From assembly GCA_905213895.1 (NCBI GenBank), contig CAJMKE010000002.1, positions 30,124-94,123 of the forward strand: DNA of 64,000 nt. Direction: 5' to 3'. Position numbers and translations under genes: made by a program. The notes below the pieces were generated by a model, which worked only from the letters and a program-made list of their open reading frames with translations, had not been told where the DNA came from and did not search any database. Origin of the DNA: an uncultured Alistipes sp. (GTDB taxonomy: Bacteria; Bacteroidota; Bacteroidia; Bacteroidales; Rikenellaceae). This document shows, in pieces, positions 55,438 through 64,000 of the stretch; positions within the stretch are counted from its first letter, which is position 1, and the number at the start of each line of letters is the position of its first letter.

Positions 55438-56196
55438 ATGGAATACAATCCCTTTTCATTAAAAGATAAGACTATTCTTGTTACCGGCGCAAGCAGCGGG
55501 ATCGGTCGTGCAATTGCTATCGAGTGTTCCAAAATGGGCGCTGTTGTTGTTGCTTCGGCGAGAAATAGAGAACGTCTTGAACAAACGCTTTTCCAAATGA
55601 ATGGAGAAGGGCATTTATCGATAACCGCTGATCTTGGAGATGCGGATGATGTTGAGCGTATGGTAAAGCAGTTGCCGCAACTCGATGGTGTTGTACATTG
55701 TGCGGGTATTGGAGATCGAACGCTTGGCAAAATGGTTCGAGAAAAGGATATAGAAAGGGTGATGAAAACTAATTTTGACGCTCCGGTTCTTCTGCAACGC
55801 GCATTATTAAAAAAGAAACTCATAAAACAGTCTTCTTCAATAGTTTTCATCGCTTCTCGTGCGCCTTTTGCTCCGACAATTGGGAATGGTCTGTACGCAG
55901 CCTCTAAAGGTGCTATAATCGCTTACTCCAAAGTTCTTGGGTTGGAACTTGCTTCTCAAAAAATTCGAGTCAACTGCATATGTCCGGCAATGGTCTGGAC
56001 AGAACTTGTAGAACGTGATGCATTGCTGACTGGCGCCGATTATCATGAAGCGGAGAAAGCATATCCTCTCGGACGATATGGTCAACCCGAAGATGTAGCT
56101 TACTTATGCATATATTTACTATCTGACGCAAGTGGCTGGATGACTGGTAGTAGTGTGGATATAACTGGGGGGGGGGAATTCTCTCTAAAATCGTAA
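55438..56196 (+). CDS. SDR family 3-oxoacyl-ACP reductase (FabG-like)
   Basis: It has TGASSGIGRAIA and Y..xK (YAASK). Confidence 0.75.
   Translation: MEYNPFSLKDKTILVTGASSGIGRAIAIECSKMGAVVVASARNRERLEQTLFQMNGEGHLSITADLGDADDVERMVKQLPQLDGVVHCAGIGDRTLGKMVREKDIERVMKTNFDAPVLLQRALLKKKLIKQSSSIVFIASRAPFAPTIGNGLYAASKGAIIAYSKVLGLELASQKIRVNCICPAMVWTELVERDALLTGADYHEAEKAYPLGRYGQPEDVAYLCIYLLSDASGWMTGSSVDITGGGEFSLKS
56167..56176 (+). repeat. G10 homopolymer 20 nt before the stop of the FabG-like gene (encodes GGG in ITGGGEF); in frame
   Basis: The context is ATAACTGGGGGGGGGGAATTC. Confidence 0.9.
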
Positions 56197-56198
56197 GA

Positions 56199-57197
56199 AT
56201 GAAATCATTTATTAAGGCTATATCATACTATCTCCCTTCGACTGTAGTTACTAACGAACAGTTGGTGAGGGAATTTCCGGAATGGACTGTTGAAAAAATA
56301 GCCGAAAAAGTCGGTGTGAATCGAAGGCATATCGCCATGAATGAGACAATATCCGACATGGCTGTCAAAGTAGCGGAAAAACTTTTTGCCGAGAATCCTG
56401 ACGTTAAGCGGGAGAATGTGGATTTTGTACTTTTATGCACCCAAAGTCCGGATTATTTTTTGCCGTCCACGTCTTGCATTGTCCAAAACAGACTCGGATT
56501 ATCTACGCATTGCGGGGCTTTCGATTTCAATCTCGGATGCTCAGGGTATGAATACGGTTTGGCGACCGCAAAGGGATATATCGCTTCCGGAATCGCTCGA
56601 AATATATTGTTGATAACATCTGAAGATTACAATAAACATATTCATGGTCGAGACAAAGGGAACCGCACGATCTTCGGTGCGGCGGCGACGGCAACCCTAA
56701 TATCGACAGAAGGTTTTGCAGAAATCGGAGAATTCACACTCGGCACTGATGGTTCCGGTGCTATGGAACTTGTTGTCAAGACCGGCGGAATGGCATTTCC
56801 CGCCAAAGCGGATGATTTAAGATACGATGAAAATGGTAATCCGCATTCATCAGATTATCTCTATATGAACGGTGCCGAGATTTTCAATTTCACGCTTCGT
56901 ATTGTTCCAAAAATGGTTGGGGAAACGCTTGCAAAAAACGGTTTTGATAAGGATAATATAGATCTATTCGTATTTCATCAGGCTAACAGATTTATGCTCA
57001 ACCATCTCCGCAAAAAGATGAAGATTGAAGAAAGCAAATTCTTCATTAATATGTCGGAAATTGGAAACACCGTTTCATCAACGATTCCTATTGCTCTTTG
57101 CGACGCGAAGCGACAAGGAATACTACGTGGAAATGTTCTTATAGCCGGTTTTGGAGTCGGTTTAAGTTGGGGCGCTTGTGTATTGAGAGTTTATTAA
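56199..57197 (+). CDS. 3-oxoacyl-ACP synthase III (FabH-like KAS III) paralog 2
   Basis: It has LGCSGY, VFHQANRFM and GNTVSST. Confidence 0.75.
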   Translation: MKSFIKAISYYLPSTVVTNEQLVREFPEWTVEKIAEKVGVNRRHIAMNETISDMAVKVAEKLFAENPDVKRENVDFVLLCTQSPDYFLPSTSCIVQNRLGLSTHCGAFDFNLGCSGYEYGLATAKGYIASGIARNILLITSEDYNKHIHGRDKGNRTIFGAAATATLISTEGFAEIGEFTLGTDGSGAMELVVKTGGMAFPAKADDLRYDENGNPHSSDYLYMNGAEIFNFTLRIVPKMVGETLAKNGFDKDNIDLFVFHQANRFMLNHLRKKMKIEESKFFINMSEIGNTVSSTIPIALCDAKRQGILRGNVLIAGFGVGLSWGACVLRVY

Positions 57198-57211
57198 ATC
57201 AAGAAAATCAG

Positions 57212-58456
57212 ATGTCAAGAAAACGTATTTATCTTTGCCTTGCCCATATGTCGGGCGAAGAGCAGAAATTTATTAAGGAGGCATTTGACACCAACTGGGT
57301 AGTGCCTCTCGGTCCTAACGTAAACGGCTTCGAGTCGGACCTCGAAGCGTTTGTCGGTGAGAATAAGAGGGTCGTGGCACTTTCTGCCGGTACGGCGGCG
57401 GTGCATCTCGCACTTATCGCTTGCGGTGTAGGACCCGGCGACGAGGTTTTGGTACAGAGTTTCACATTTTGTGCGTCCTCGCACCCGATTACATATCTCG
57501 GAGCGACACCGGTTTTCATCGATTCCGAACGCGACAGTTGGAACATGGACCCAAAACTTCTAGAACAGGCAATAGAAGACCGTATTGTCAAAACCGGAAA
57601 GAAGCCTAAGGCGATAGTTCCGGTATATCTCTACGGAATGCCGGCTAAAATCGACGAGATTATGGCGATTGCCGACAAATACGATATTCCTGTCGTCGAG
57701 GATGCCGCCGAGGGATTCGGCAGTAGGTTCGACGGTCGGGTTTGCGGAACATTCGGCAAATACGGAGTTTTGTCTTTCAACGGCAACAAAATGGTAACCA
57801 CCTCAGGCGGCGGGGCATTGATTTGTCCGGATGCGGAGGCGAAGAACGAAATCATGTATTATGCCACCCAAGCCCGCGAGGCATATCCGTACTATCAGCA
57901 CGAGCATATCGGCTATAATTATCGTATGTCGAACATTTGTGCCGGTATCGGTCGCGGACAGATGACCATTGCGGATGCACATATCGAACACCACAAGCAT
58001 GTTTGCGCTCTGTATAAGGAGTTGCTGGCTGATGTGGACGGCATTACGCTGCACGAAAATCCATCGCCGCGTTTCGATAGCAATTATTGGCTGTGTACCA
58101 TAGTACTCGACCCATCGCTGCGAATTAAGGGTGATGAGCGTGCATATGCTGCCGCAATTCAAGATGCGGTAGGCGGTGCGGCAGGTGTCGTCCATTCGGG
58201 CGGTGAAATTCATACCGATTGCGAACCGAATCGCAACGTAGAGGCACTTCGTATCGCTTTGGATGCTGCCGGTATCGAATCGCGACCGCTTTGGAAGCCG
58301 ATGCACAAACAGCCGGTCTATGCAAATGCTCCGGCATATGTAAACGGCGTAAGCGAGTCGTTGTTCAAAGTTGGCATGTGTTTGCCGAGCGGACCTTATG
58401 TCTCGGATGACGATGTGAAATATATAGTAGACAATATTAAAAATGCAATGTTGTAA
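57212..58456 (+). CDS. DegT/DnrJ/EryC1/StrS-family PLP-dependent sugar aminotransferase
   Basis: The start is taken at MSRKRIY. It has the SFNGNKMVTTSGGGAL Lys-containing PLP site. Confidence 0.8.
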   Translation: MSRKRIYLCLAHMSGEEQKFIKEAFDTNWVVPLGPNVNGFESDLEAFVGENKRVVALSAGTAAVHLALIACGVGPGDEVLVQSFTFCASSHPITYLGATPVFIDSERDSWNMDPKLLEQAIEDRIVKTGKKPKAIVPVYLYGMPAKIDEIMAIADKYDIPVVEDAAEGFGSRFDGRVCGTFGKYGVLSFNGNKMVTTSGGGALICPDAEAKNEIMYYATQAREAYPYYQHEHIGYNYRMSNICAGIGRGQMTIADAHIEHHKHVCALYKELLADVDGITLHENPSPRFDSNYWLCTIVLDPSLRIKGDERAYAAAIQDAVGGAAGVVHSGGEIHTDCEPNRNVEALRIALDAAGIESRPLWKPMHKQPVYANAPAYVNGVSESLFKVGMCLPSGPYVSDDDVKYIVDNIKNAML

Positions 58457-58468
58457 AATAGTATAAAT

Positions 58469-59542
58469 ATGAGCATTTTCAAGGATAAAGTCCTCTTGAT
58501 AACGGGAGGCACAGGTTCGTTCGGCAATGCGGTGCTGCGTCGTTTTTTGGACAGCGATATCAAGGAAATTCGTATTTTCAGCCGAGACGAGAAGAAGCAG
58601 GACGACATGCGACACATGCTTCAAAATCCGAAGGTAAAGTTCTATATCGGCAATGTTCGCGACAAATCATCGGTCGATATTGCGATGCGTGGTGTGGATT
58701 ACGTGTTCTCGGCTGCGGCTCTGAAACAGGTTCCTTCGTGCGAGTTTTTCCCTATGGAGGCTACGAGAACGAATGTAATAGGTACCGGAAATGTGCTTGA
58801 ATCGGCAATCGAACACGGCGTGAAAAACGTCGTCGTTCTTTCGACGGACAAGGCCGCTTATCCGATTAACGCAATGGGAATATCGAAAGCCCTTATGGAG
58901 AAGGTCGCCATCGCCAAGGGTCGCGAATTGGGCGAGAACGCTGCGACGACAATTTGCTGCACCCGTTACGGCAATGTTATGGCAAGCCGCGGCAGCGTTA
59001 TTCCGTTGTGGGTGGAACAGATGATGGAGGGCAAGCCGATTACCATTACCGATCCTAACATGACACGTTTTATGATGACATTGGACGATGCGGTGGATTT
59101 GGTAATATATGCGTTCCAGCACGGGCATAACGGCGACTTGTTTGTCCAAAAGGCACCAGCAGCAACTCTCGACACGTTGGCGGAGGCATTGAAGCAGGTT
59201 TATTCCAAAATAGACCCGAAATACGGCACAACGGAAGTCAAGGTTATAGGTACGCGGCACGGCGAGAAACTTTACGAGACGCTCGTTACCCGAGAAGAGA
59301 TGGCAAAAGCAATCGATATGGGCAATTACTATCGTATCCCGTGCGATACGCGCGACCTTAACTACGACAAGTTTTTCACCGAAGGTAGCGAAGATGTGTC
59401 GAAGATAGAGGATTACCATTCGCACAATACACGCCGTCTTGATGTCGAAGGCATGAAAGAGCAACTGCTCCGTTTGCGATTCATTCGCGAAGACCTCGGC
59501 ATCGAAAAACGAGCCAAACCCCGCGATATCCGTTCGGAGTAA
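58469..59542 (+). CDS. fnlA: UDP-GlcNAc 4,6-dehydratase/5-epimerase, CapE/FnlA/WbjB family
   Basis: KVLLITGGTGSFGNAVLRRFLDSDIKEIRIFSRDEKKQ closely matches the CapE N-terminus. Confidence 0.8.
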   Translation: MSIFKDKVLLITGGTGSFGNAVLRRFLDSDIKEIRIFSRDEKKQDDMRHMLQNPKVKFYIGNVRDKSSVDIAMRGVDYVFSAAALKQVPSCEFFPMEATRTNVIGTGNVLESAIEHGVKNVVVLSTDKAAYPINAMGISKALMEKVAIAKGRELGENAATTICCTRYGNVMASRGSVIPLWVEQMMEGKPITITDPNMTRFMMTLDDAVDLVIYAFQHGHNGDLFVQKAPAATLDTLAEALKQVYSKIDPKYGTTEVKVIGTRHGEKLYETLVTREEMAKAIDMGNYYRIPCDTRDLNYDKFFTEGSEDVSKIEDYHSHNTRRLDVEGMKEQLLRLRFIREDLGIEKRAKPRDIRSE

Positions 59543-59601
59543 ATAAAATCTCATTATAACCAATTCGTACGAATTGCCGAGAGTAAACCAATGACCATTT
59601 T

Positions 59602-60804
59602 ATGAAAATACTTGTAACAGGGGCGAAAGGCTTCGTAGGCAGAAATCTTTGCGCTCAGTTGAACAATATCAAAGAGGGTAAGGCGAAATGCTACGGAAAT
59701 CTTGTAGTAGATGAGGTTTTCGAATACGATATCGATTCGACGCCCGAGGAACTCGAATCCTATTGTCGTGAGTCGGATTTCGTATTCAATCTTGCCGGCG
59801 TGAACCGTCCGCAGAATACGGAAGAGTTCATGCAGGGCAATTTCGGGTTCGCATCGACATTGCTCGATACGTTGAAAAAGTTCGGCAATCGATGTCCGGT
59901 CATGCTATCGAGTTCGATTCAGGCGACGCTTATCGGACGGTATGCCGAAGGCGACTACGGCAAAAGCAAGAAAGCCGGTGAGGAGTTGTTCTTCGATTAC
60001 GGCAAGGAGACCGGAGCGAAAGTATTGGTATACCGCTTCCCGAATCTTTTCGGCAAATGGTGCCGCCCGAACTACAATAGTGCCGTCGCAACGTTTTGCA
60101 ACAACATAGCCAATGATTTGCCGATTCAGGTGAATAATCCTGCGACCGAACTCGAACTGCTCTATATCGACGATCTCGTGGACGAGATGATTGCTGCATT
60201 GAAAGGCGAAGAGCATCATTGCGAGTTCGATGGGGTAGATACAGTATTGAAGGCGGATGGTCGTTATTGTGCCGTACCTGTTTCGCATAAGGCGACGCTC
60301 GGCGAGATAGTCGGTTTGTTGCATAGATTTCATGAGCAGCCCCAAACTCTCGTCGTTCCGGAGATACCCGAAAACAGTTTTGCCAAGAAACTATATTCGA
60401 CCTATTTGAGTTATCTGCCGAAAGATAAGGTGAAATTCCCGCTGAAAATGAATGTCGATGCACGCGGCAGTTTCACAGAACTGCTCAAAACCTGCAATTG
60501 CGGTCAGGTTTCAATCAATATATCCAAACCGGGAATTACGAAGGGACAGCATTGGCACAACAGCAAGTGGGAGTTTTTTATCGTGGTGTCCGGACACGGA
60601 TTGATTCAGGAACGCAAGATAGGCACCGACAAGGTTTTGAATTTCGAAGTTTCGGGAGACAATATCGAAGCGATACACATGCTCCCGGGATATACTCACA
60701 ATATAATCAACCTGTCGGAGACAGAAAATCTCGTAACGGTTATGTGGGCGAACGAAGCGTTCGACCCGAACCGTCCGGATACATATTTCGAACCAGTGGA
60801 ATAA
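59602..60804 (+). CDS. fnlB: CapF/FnlB/WbjC-like bifunctional reductase-epimerase (N-terminal SDR plus C-terminal cupin)
   Basis: It has VTGAKGFVG, RFPNLFGKWCRPNYNS, LYSTYLSYLP and a C-terminal cupin. Confidence 0.75.
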   Translation: MKILVTGAKGFVGRNLCAQLNNIKEGKAKCYGNLVVDEVFEYDIDSTPEELESYCRESDFVFNLAGVNRPQNTEEFMQGNFGFASTLLDTLKKFGNRCPVMLSSSIQATLIGRYAEGDYGKSKKAGEELFFDYGKETGAKVLVYRFPNLFGKWCRPNYNSAVATFCNNIANDLPIQVNNPATELELLYIDDLVDEMIAALKGEEHHCEFDGVDTVLKADGRYCAVPVSHKATLGEIVGLLHRFHEQPQTLVVPEIPENSFAKKLYSTYLSYLPKDKVKFPLKMNVDARGSFTELLKTCNCGQVSINISKPGITKGQHWHNSKWEFFIVVSGHGLIQERKIGTDKVLNFEVSGDNIEAIHMLPGYTHNIINLSETENLVTVMWANEAFDPNRPDTYFEPVE

Positions 60805-60812
60805 AATAAATT

Positions 60813-62000
60813 ATGGAGACCAAACTCAACTATTCGAACATAAAATTTGCCGACAACGGCAAACTGAAACTGTTGATAATCGTCGGTACACGACCGGAAA
60901 TCATACGTCTTGCCGCCGTAATCAACAAATGCCGGAAATATTTCGACTGCATTTTGGCGCACACTGGACAGAATTACGATTACAATCTGAACGGAATATT
61001 TTTTCGGGATTTGAAACTCAAAGACCCGGATGTGTACATGGATGCCGTCGGCGACGATTTGGGCGCGACGATGGGGAACATCATAAATGCTTCGTACAAA
61101 CTGATGGCGCAAATCCGACCGGATGCCGTACTCGTGCTTGGCGACACCAACAGTTGTCTGTCGGTAATAGGCGCAAAACGTCTTCACATTCCGATATTTC
61201 ATATGGAGGCAGGTAATCGTTGTAAGGACGAATGTTTGCCGGAGGAGACGAACCGCCGTATTGTGGATATAATTTCCGATGTCAATATGGCATATTCCGA
61301 ACATGCGCGTCGTTATCTTGCAGATTGCGGTCTGCCCAAAGAACGTACTTATGTAACCGGTTCCCCGATGGCTGAGGTTCTTCATGAAAATCTTGCGGAA
61401 ATCGAATCTTCGAATATTCATGAGCGTTTGGGCTTGGTAAAGGGCAAATATATTCTTTTGAGTGCTCATCGTGAAGAGAATATCGATACGGAAAAGAACT
61501 TCGTTTCTCTTTTTACCGCCATTAATAAGATGGCGGAAAAATATGACATGCCGATTCTTTATAGTTGCCACCCGAGAAGCAGAAATCGCCTCGCCGCATC
61601 GGGATTCCAACTCGATAAACGTGTGATACAGCATGAGCCGCTGGGCTTCCATGATTATAATTGCCTGCAAATGAACGCTTATGCTGTGGTTTCGGACAGC
61701 GGAACGTTACCTGAGGAATCGAGTTTCTTCACGTCGGTAGGACATCCGTTCCCTGCGGTCTGCATCCGTACGTCGACAGAACGTCCGGAGGCATTGGACA
61801 AGGGTTGTTTCGTCTTGGCTGGTATTGACGAAAAATCGTTGTTGCAGGCGGTCGATACGGCAGTCGAAATGAACAATGCCCATGACGACGGCATCCCTGT
61901 TCCGAACTATACCGACGAGAATGTCTCCACGAAAGTCGTGAAACTGATTCAAAGTTACACCGGAGTAGTCAATAAAATGGTGTGGAGAAAAGAAGAATAA
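60813..62000 (+). CDS. fnlC: UDP-N-acetylglucosamine 2-epimerase, non-hydrolysing (CapG/FnlC)
   Basis: It has LIIVGTRPEIIRLA...HTGQNYD and the HMEAG motif. Confidence 0.8.
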   Translation: METKLNYSNIKFADNGKLKLLIIVGTRPEIIRLAAVINKCRKYFDCILAHTGQNYDYNLNGIFFRDLKLKDPDVYMDAVGDDLGATMGNIINASYKLMAQIRPDAVLVLGDTNSCLSVIGAKRLHIPIFHMEAGNRCKDECLPEETNRRIVDIISDVNMAYSEHARRYLADCGLPKERTYVTGSPMAEVLHENLAEIESSNIHERLGLVKGKYILLSAHREENIDTEKNFVSLFTAINKMAEKYDMPILYSCHPRSRNRLAASGFQLDKRVIQHEPLGFHDYNCLQMNAYAVVSDSGTLPEESSFFTSVGHPFPAVCIRTSTERPEALDKGCFVLAGIDEKSLLQAVDTAVEMNNAHDDGIPVPNYTDENVSTKVVKLIQSYTGVVNKMVWRKEE

Positions 62001-62055
62001 AATGGAAATTTAAGTGATATAACTTTATGTAAAACACATCAATTTATTATAAAAA

Positions 62056-63357
62056 ATGAAAGTATCAGTAGCAGGTACGGGCTATGTCGGGTTGAGCATC
62101 GCGACATTGCTTTCGCAGCACAATAAGGTAACGGCGGTGGACATCGTGCCGGAGAAGGTCGCGATGATTAACCGTCGCAAGTCGCCGATTCAGGACGAAT
62201 ACATAGAAAAATATCTCGCCGAGAAGAATCTCGACCTTACGGCGACCCTCGATGCCGAGGCGGCATACCGCGACGCCGATTTCGTCGTCATCGCCGCTCC
62301 GACCAACTACGACAGTCAGAAAAACTTCTTCGACACCTCCGCCGTCGAGTCGGTCATCGACCTCGTATTGAGCGTCAATCCCGATGCCGTCATGGTCATC
62401 AAATCGACCATTCCGGTCGGATATTGCCGCAGCCTGTACGTCAAATATGCGCGGAAAGGTGTCGGGAAACTCAATCTCCTCTTCTCGCCCGAGTTCCTGC
62501 GCGAAAGCAAGGCTCTGTACGACAACCTCTATCCGAGCCGCATCATAGTCGGCATTCCGAAGATTGTCGATAACGAGATGTTCGCCGAGGAGAACGAAGC
62601 GATTCGCAAGATAGCCGACATCCCTGCGTTGGAAAAGGCTGCGCATACGTTCGCCGGACTGTTGCAGCAGGGCGCAATCAAGGAGAATGTCGATACGCTG
62701 TTCATGGGTCTGAAAGAGGCAGAAGCGGTGAAGTTGTTCGCCAATACCTATCTCGCCCTCCGCGTAAGTTATTTCAACGAACTCGACACCTATGCCGAGA
62801 TGAAGAGTCTGGATACGCAGTCGATTATCGACGGTGTCTGCCTCGACCCGCGTATCGGCACGCACTACAACAACCCGTCGTTCGGCTACGGCGGTTACTG
62901 CCTGCCGAAGGACACGAAACAGTTGCTGGCGAACTATGCCGACGTGCCGCAGAACATGATGTCGGCAATCGTCGAGTCGAACCGCACGCGCAAGGACTTC
63001 ATCGCCGACCGCGTACTGGCGCAGGCGGGCTACTATACCGCCAACAGTGCGTGGAACAGTGCGGAGGAGCATCCGGTAACCATCGGCGTCTACCGGCTGA
63101 CTATGAAGTCGAATTCGGACAACTTCCGCCAGTCGTCGATTCAGGGCGTCATGAAGCGTGTGAAGGCGAAGGGTGCACAGGTAATCATCTACGAACCGAC
63201 ATTGGAGGACGGGACGACGTTCTTCGGCAGCAGGGTCGTGAACGACCTCGCGGCATTCAAGTCGCAGAGCGACGCCGTCATCGCCAACCGCTACGATGCG
63301 TGTCTGGACGACATAAGGGAAAAGGTCTACACCCGAGATATTTTCAAACGAGACTAA
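62056..63357 (+). CDS. ugd: UDP-glucose 6-dehydrogenase family (nucleotide-sugar dehydrogenase)
   Basis: It has the [10 protein letters not shown] Rossmann motif and the catalytic [11 protein letters not shown] is high like the backbone. Confidence 0.8.
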   Translation: MKVSVAGTGYVGLSIATLLSQHNKVTAVDIVPEKVAMINRRKSPIQDEYIEKYLAEKNLDLTATLDAEAAYRDADFVVIAAPTNYDSQKNFFDTSAVESVIDLVLSVNPDAVMVIKSTIPVGYCRSLYVKYARKGVGKLNLLFSPEFLRESKALYDNLYPSRIIVGIPKIVDNEMFAEENEAIRKIADIPALEKAAHTFAGLLQQGAIKENVDTLFMGLKEAEAVKLFANTYLALRVSYFNELDTYAEMKSLDTQSIIDGVCLDPRIGTHYNNPSFGYGGYCLPKDTKQLLANYADVPQNMMSAIVESNRTRKDFIADRVLAQAGYYTANSAWNSAEEHPVTIGVYRLTMKSNSDNFRQSSIQGVMKRVKAKGAQVIIYEPTLEDGTTFFGSRVVNDLAAFKSQSDAVIANRYDACLDDIREKVYTRDIFKRD

Positions 63358-63402
63358 TCCGTAAATAGTTTTGCATCGTCATATCCACTCCTCACAAATA
63401 AC

Positions 63403-63442
63403 CTTTCCCGAATCCTGCGACGCACCCGTCGCAGGATTTTTT
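63403..63442 (+). terminator. Rho-independent terminator after ugd
   Basis: CCTGCGACG-CACC-CGTCGCAGG is followed by a T7 run. Confidence 0.7.
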
Positions 63443-63485
63443 TGTTCCGACAGTCGGCGCGGATGCAAAAAAGTGGGGTAATGAT

Positions 63486-63520
63486 GCAAAAAACAGTCCG
63501 GCACGACGTATATCGTGCCG
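63486..63520 (-). terminator. Terminator hairpin after the minus-strand outer-membrane protein gene
   Basis: GTCCGGCACGACGTATATCGTGCCGGAC has A-run and T-run flanks. Confidence 0.55.
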
Positions 63521-63622
63521 GACCTCCACAAAAATTCAAAGCATACGCCGCCCGGAATATTGGCGTTTCTCCCGATGCCGCGTATTCCGGTACGGTCGGT
63601 CTGGCGGAAACCGACCGTAGAA

Positions 63623-64000
63623 TCAGAATGTTACACCGACTTTGATTTTGAAACCGTCGGTGTCCGCATATTGGGCGTAAACGCCCGAAACGTTGAACCG
63701 TCCGACGCTCAAACCGATGCCGGCATCCCAGTACAGCCCGATTTCCGAATTGCCGTCGCGGCTTTGGGTTGAGTAATTGAAACCCACTCTTGCATCCAGA
63801 AACGGTGAAACGCGCCGTTTGAGAACATACGCGCGGAAATTGAAAAATCCGTTCAGCATGTGGGCGGTGTCGCCTTCAAGTGTGGTGTAGTAATATCCGT
63901 AGCGACCTCCCGAGTAGTAGTTCGACTGTTCTACCTGCAAATCGGGAATCACCTGATAAGCCAGTCCCAGACCGAGGAAAAAACGGTGTGCAATCAACGC
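63623..64000 (-). CDS. Outer-membrane beta-barrel protein (OmpA-like / PF13505-like), 5-prime partial at the window edge
   Basis: It has alternating hydrophobic beta-strand patterns and a C-terminal Phe (GVTF). The gene continues beyond 64000. Confidence 0.5.
   Translation of the reverse strand, partial: ALIAHRFFLGLGLAYQVIPDLQVEQSNYYSGGRYGYYYTTLEGDTAHMLNGFFNFRAYVLKRRVSPFLDARVGFNYSTQSRDGNSEIGLYWDAGIGLSVGRFNVSGVYAQYADTDGFKIKVGVTF

Noticed and set aside
1-64000. tRNA, rRNA or tmRNA genes, including as a prophage attachment site
   Set aside because: No cloverleaf-like conserved GTTC..A / TTCGAAT elements or rRNA-like stretches were recognised. A Mu-like transposable phage does not need a tRNA att site.

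Overview
This 64 kb window reads as Bacteroidota chromosome with a roughly 60% GC backbone. The assignment rests on a UpxY-type NusG-like gene heading a capsule locus, TAnnTTTG-type -7 promoter motifs, an anaerobic sulfatase-maturase next to a Ser-type sulfatase, and secreted S1/P1 nucleases. It divides into three parts.

(1) 1 to about 14.9 kb is the c-proximal part of a Mu-like transposable prophage; its other end lies upstream of the window. It carries a terminase large-subunit C-terminus, DUF935 portal, MuF-like head protein and G-like protein on the + strand. These converge on a minus-strand early operon: a Ner/Cro-like HTH, several unknowns, MuA-like DDE transposase, MuB-like AAA+ ATPase, a P-loop ATPase, a DUF1018-like protein, DUF4406, Gam and a DnaJ-type zinc-finger protein. 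A divergent CI/LexA-like S24 repressor and a non-coding end region with transposase-site-like repeats complete it. No protease, scaffold, major capsid or tail genes follow G. The MuF-like protein has a C-terminal HExxH domain.

(2) 15.6 to 38 kb is housekeeping DNA: two tandem M3 peptidyl-dipeptidases, rsmE, split chrA, a U32 peptidase plus SAM methyltransferase operon, serS, four tandem S1/P1 nuclease paralogs, rplU-rpmA, a high-GC three-gene cluster of unknown function, cysQ, anSME plus sulfatase, and rpmI-rplT. A family of period-9 tandem repeats (TTAAGGTC/TTAAAGTCC units) marks seven intergenic sites.

(3) 38.3 to 63.4 kb is a capsular/O-antigen polysaccharide locus. It runs upxY, capD/wbpM-like, then a low-GC (about 35%) variable core (GT2, wzx, TarI-like cytidylyltransferase, acyltransferase-3, SDR, LicD, wzy-like, GT-like, hexapeptide acetyltransferase, amidotransferase, GT4, initiating sugar-phosphate transferase, NeuD/PglD-like acyltransferase, ACP, two KASIII, ketoreductase, DegT aminotransferase), then capE/F/G-like (fnlABC) UDP-L-FucNAc genes and ugd.

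The most unusual signal is six poly-G homopolymers of 8 to 11 nt in and around this low-GC locus. One sits exactly at a frameshift that splits the acyltransferase-3 gene, which suggests slipped-strand phase variation rather than the invertible promoters usual in Bacteroides. No rRNA, tRNA or CRISPR array was recognised.
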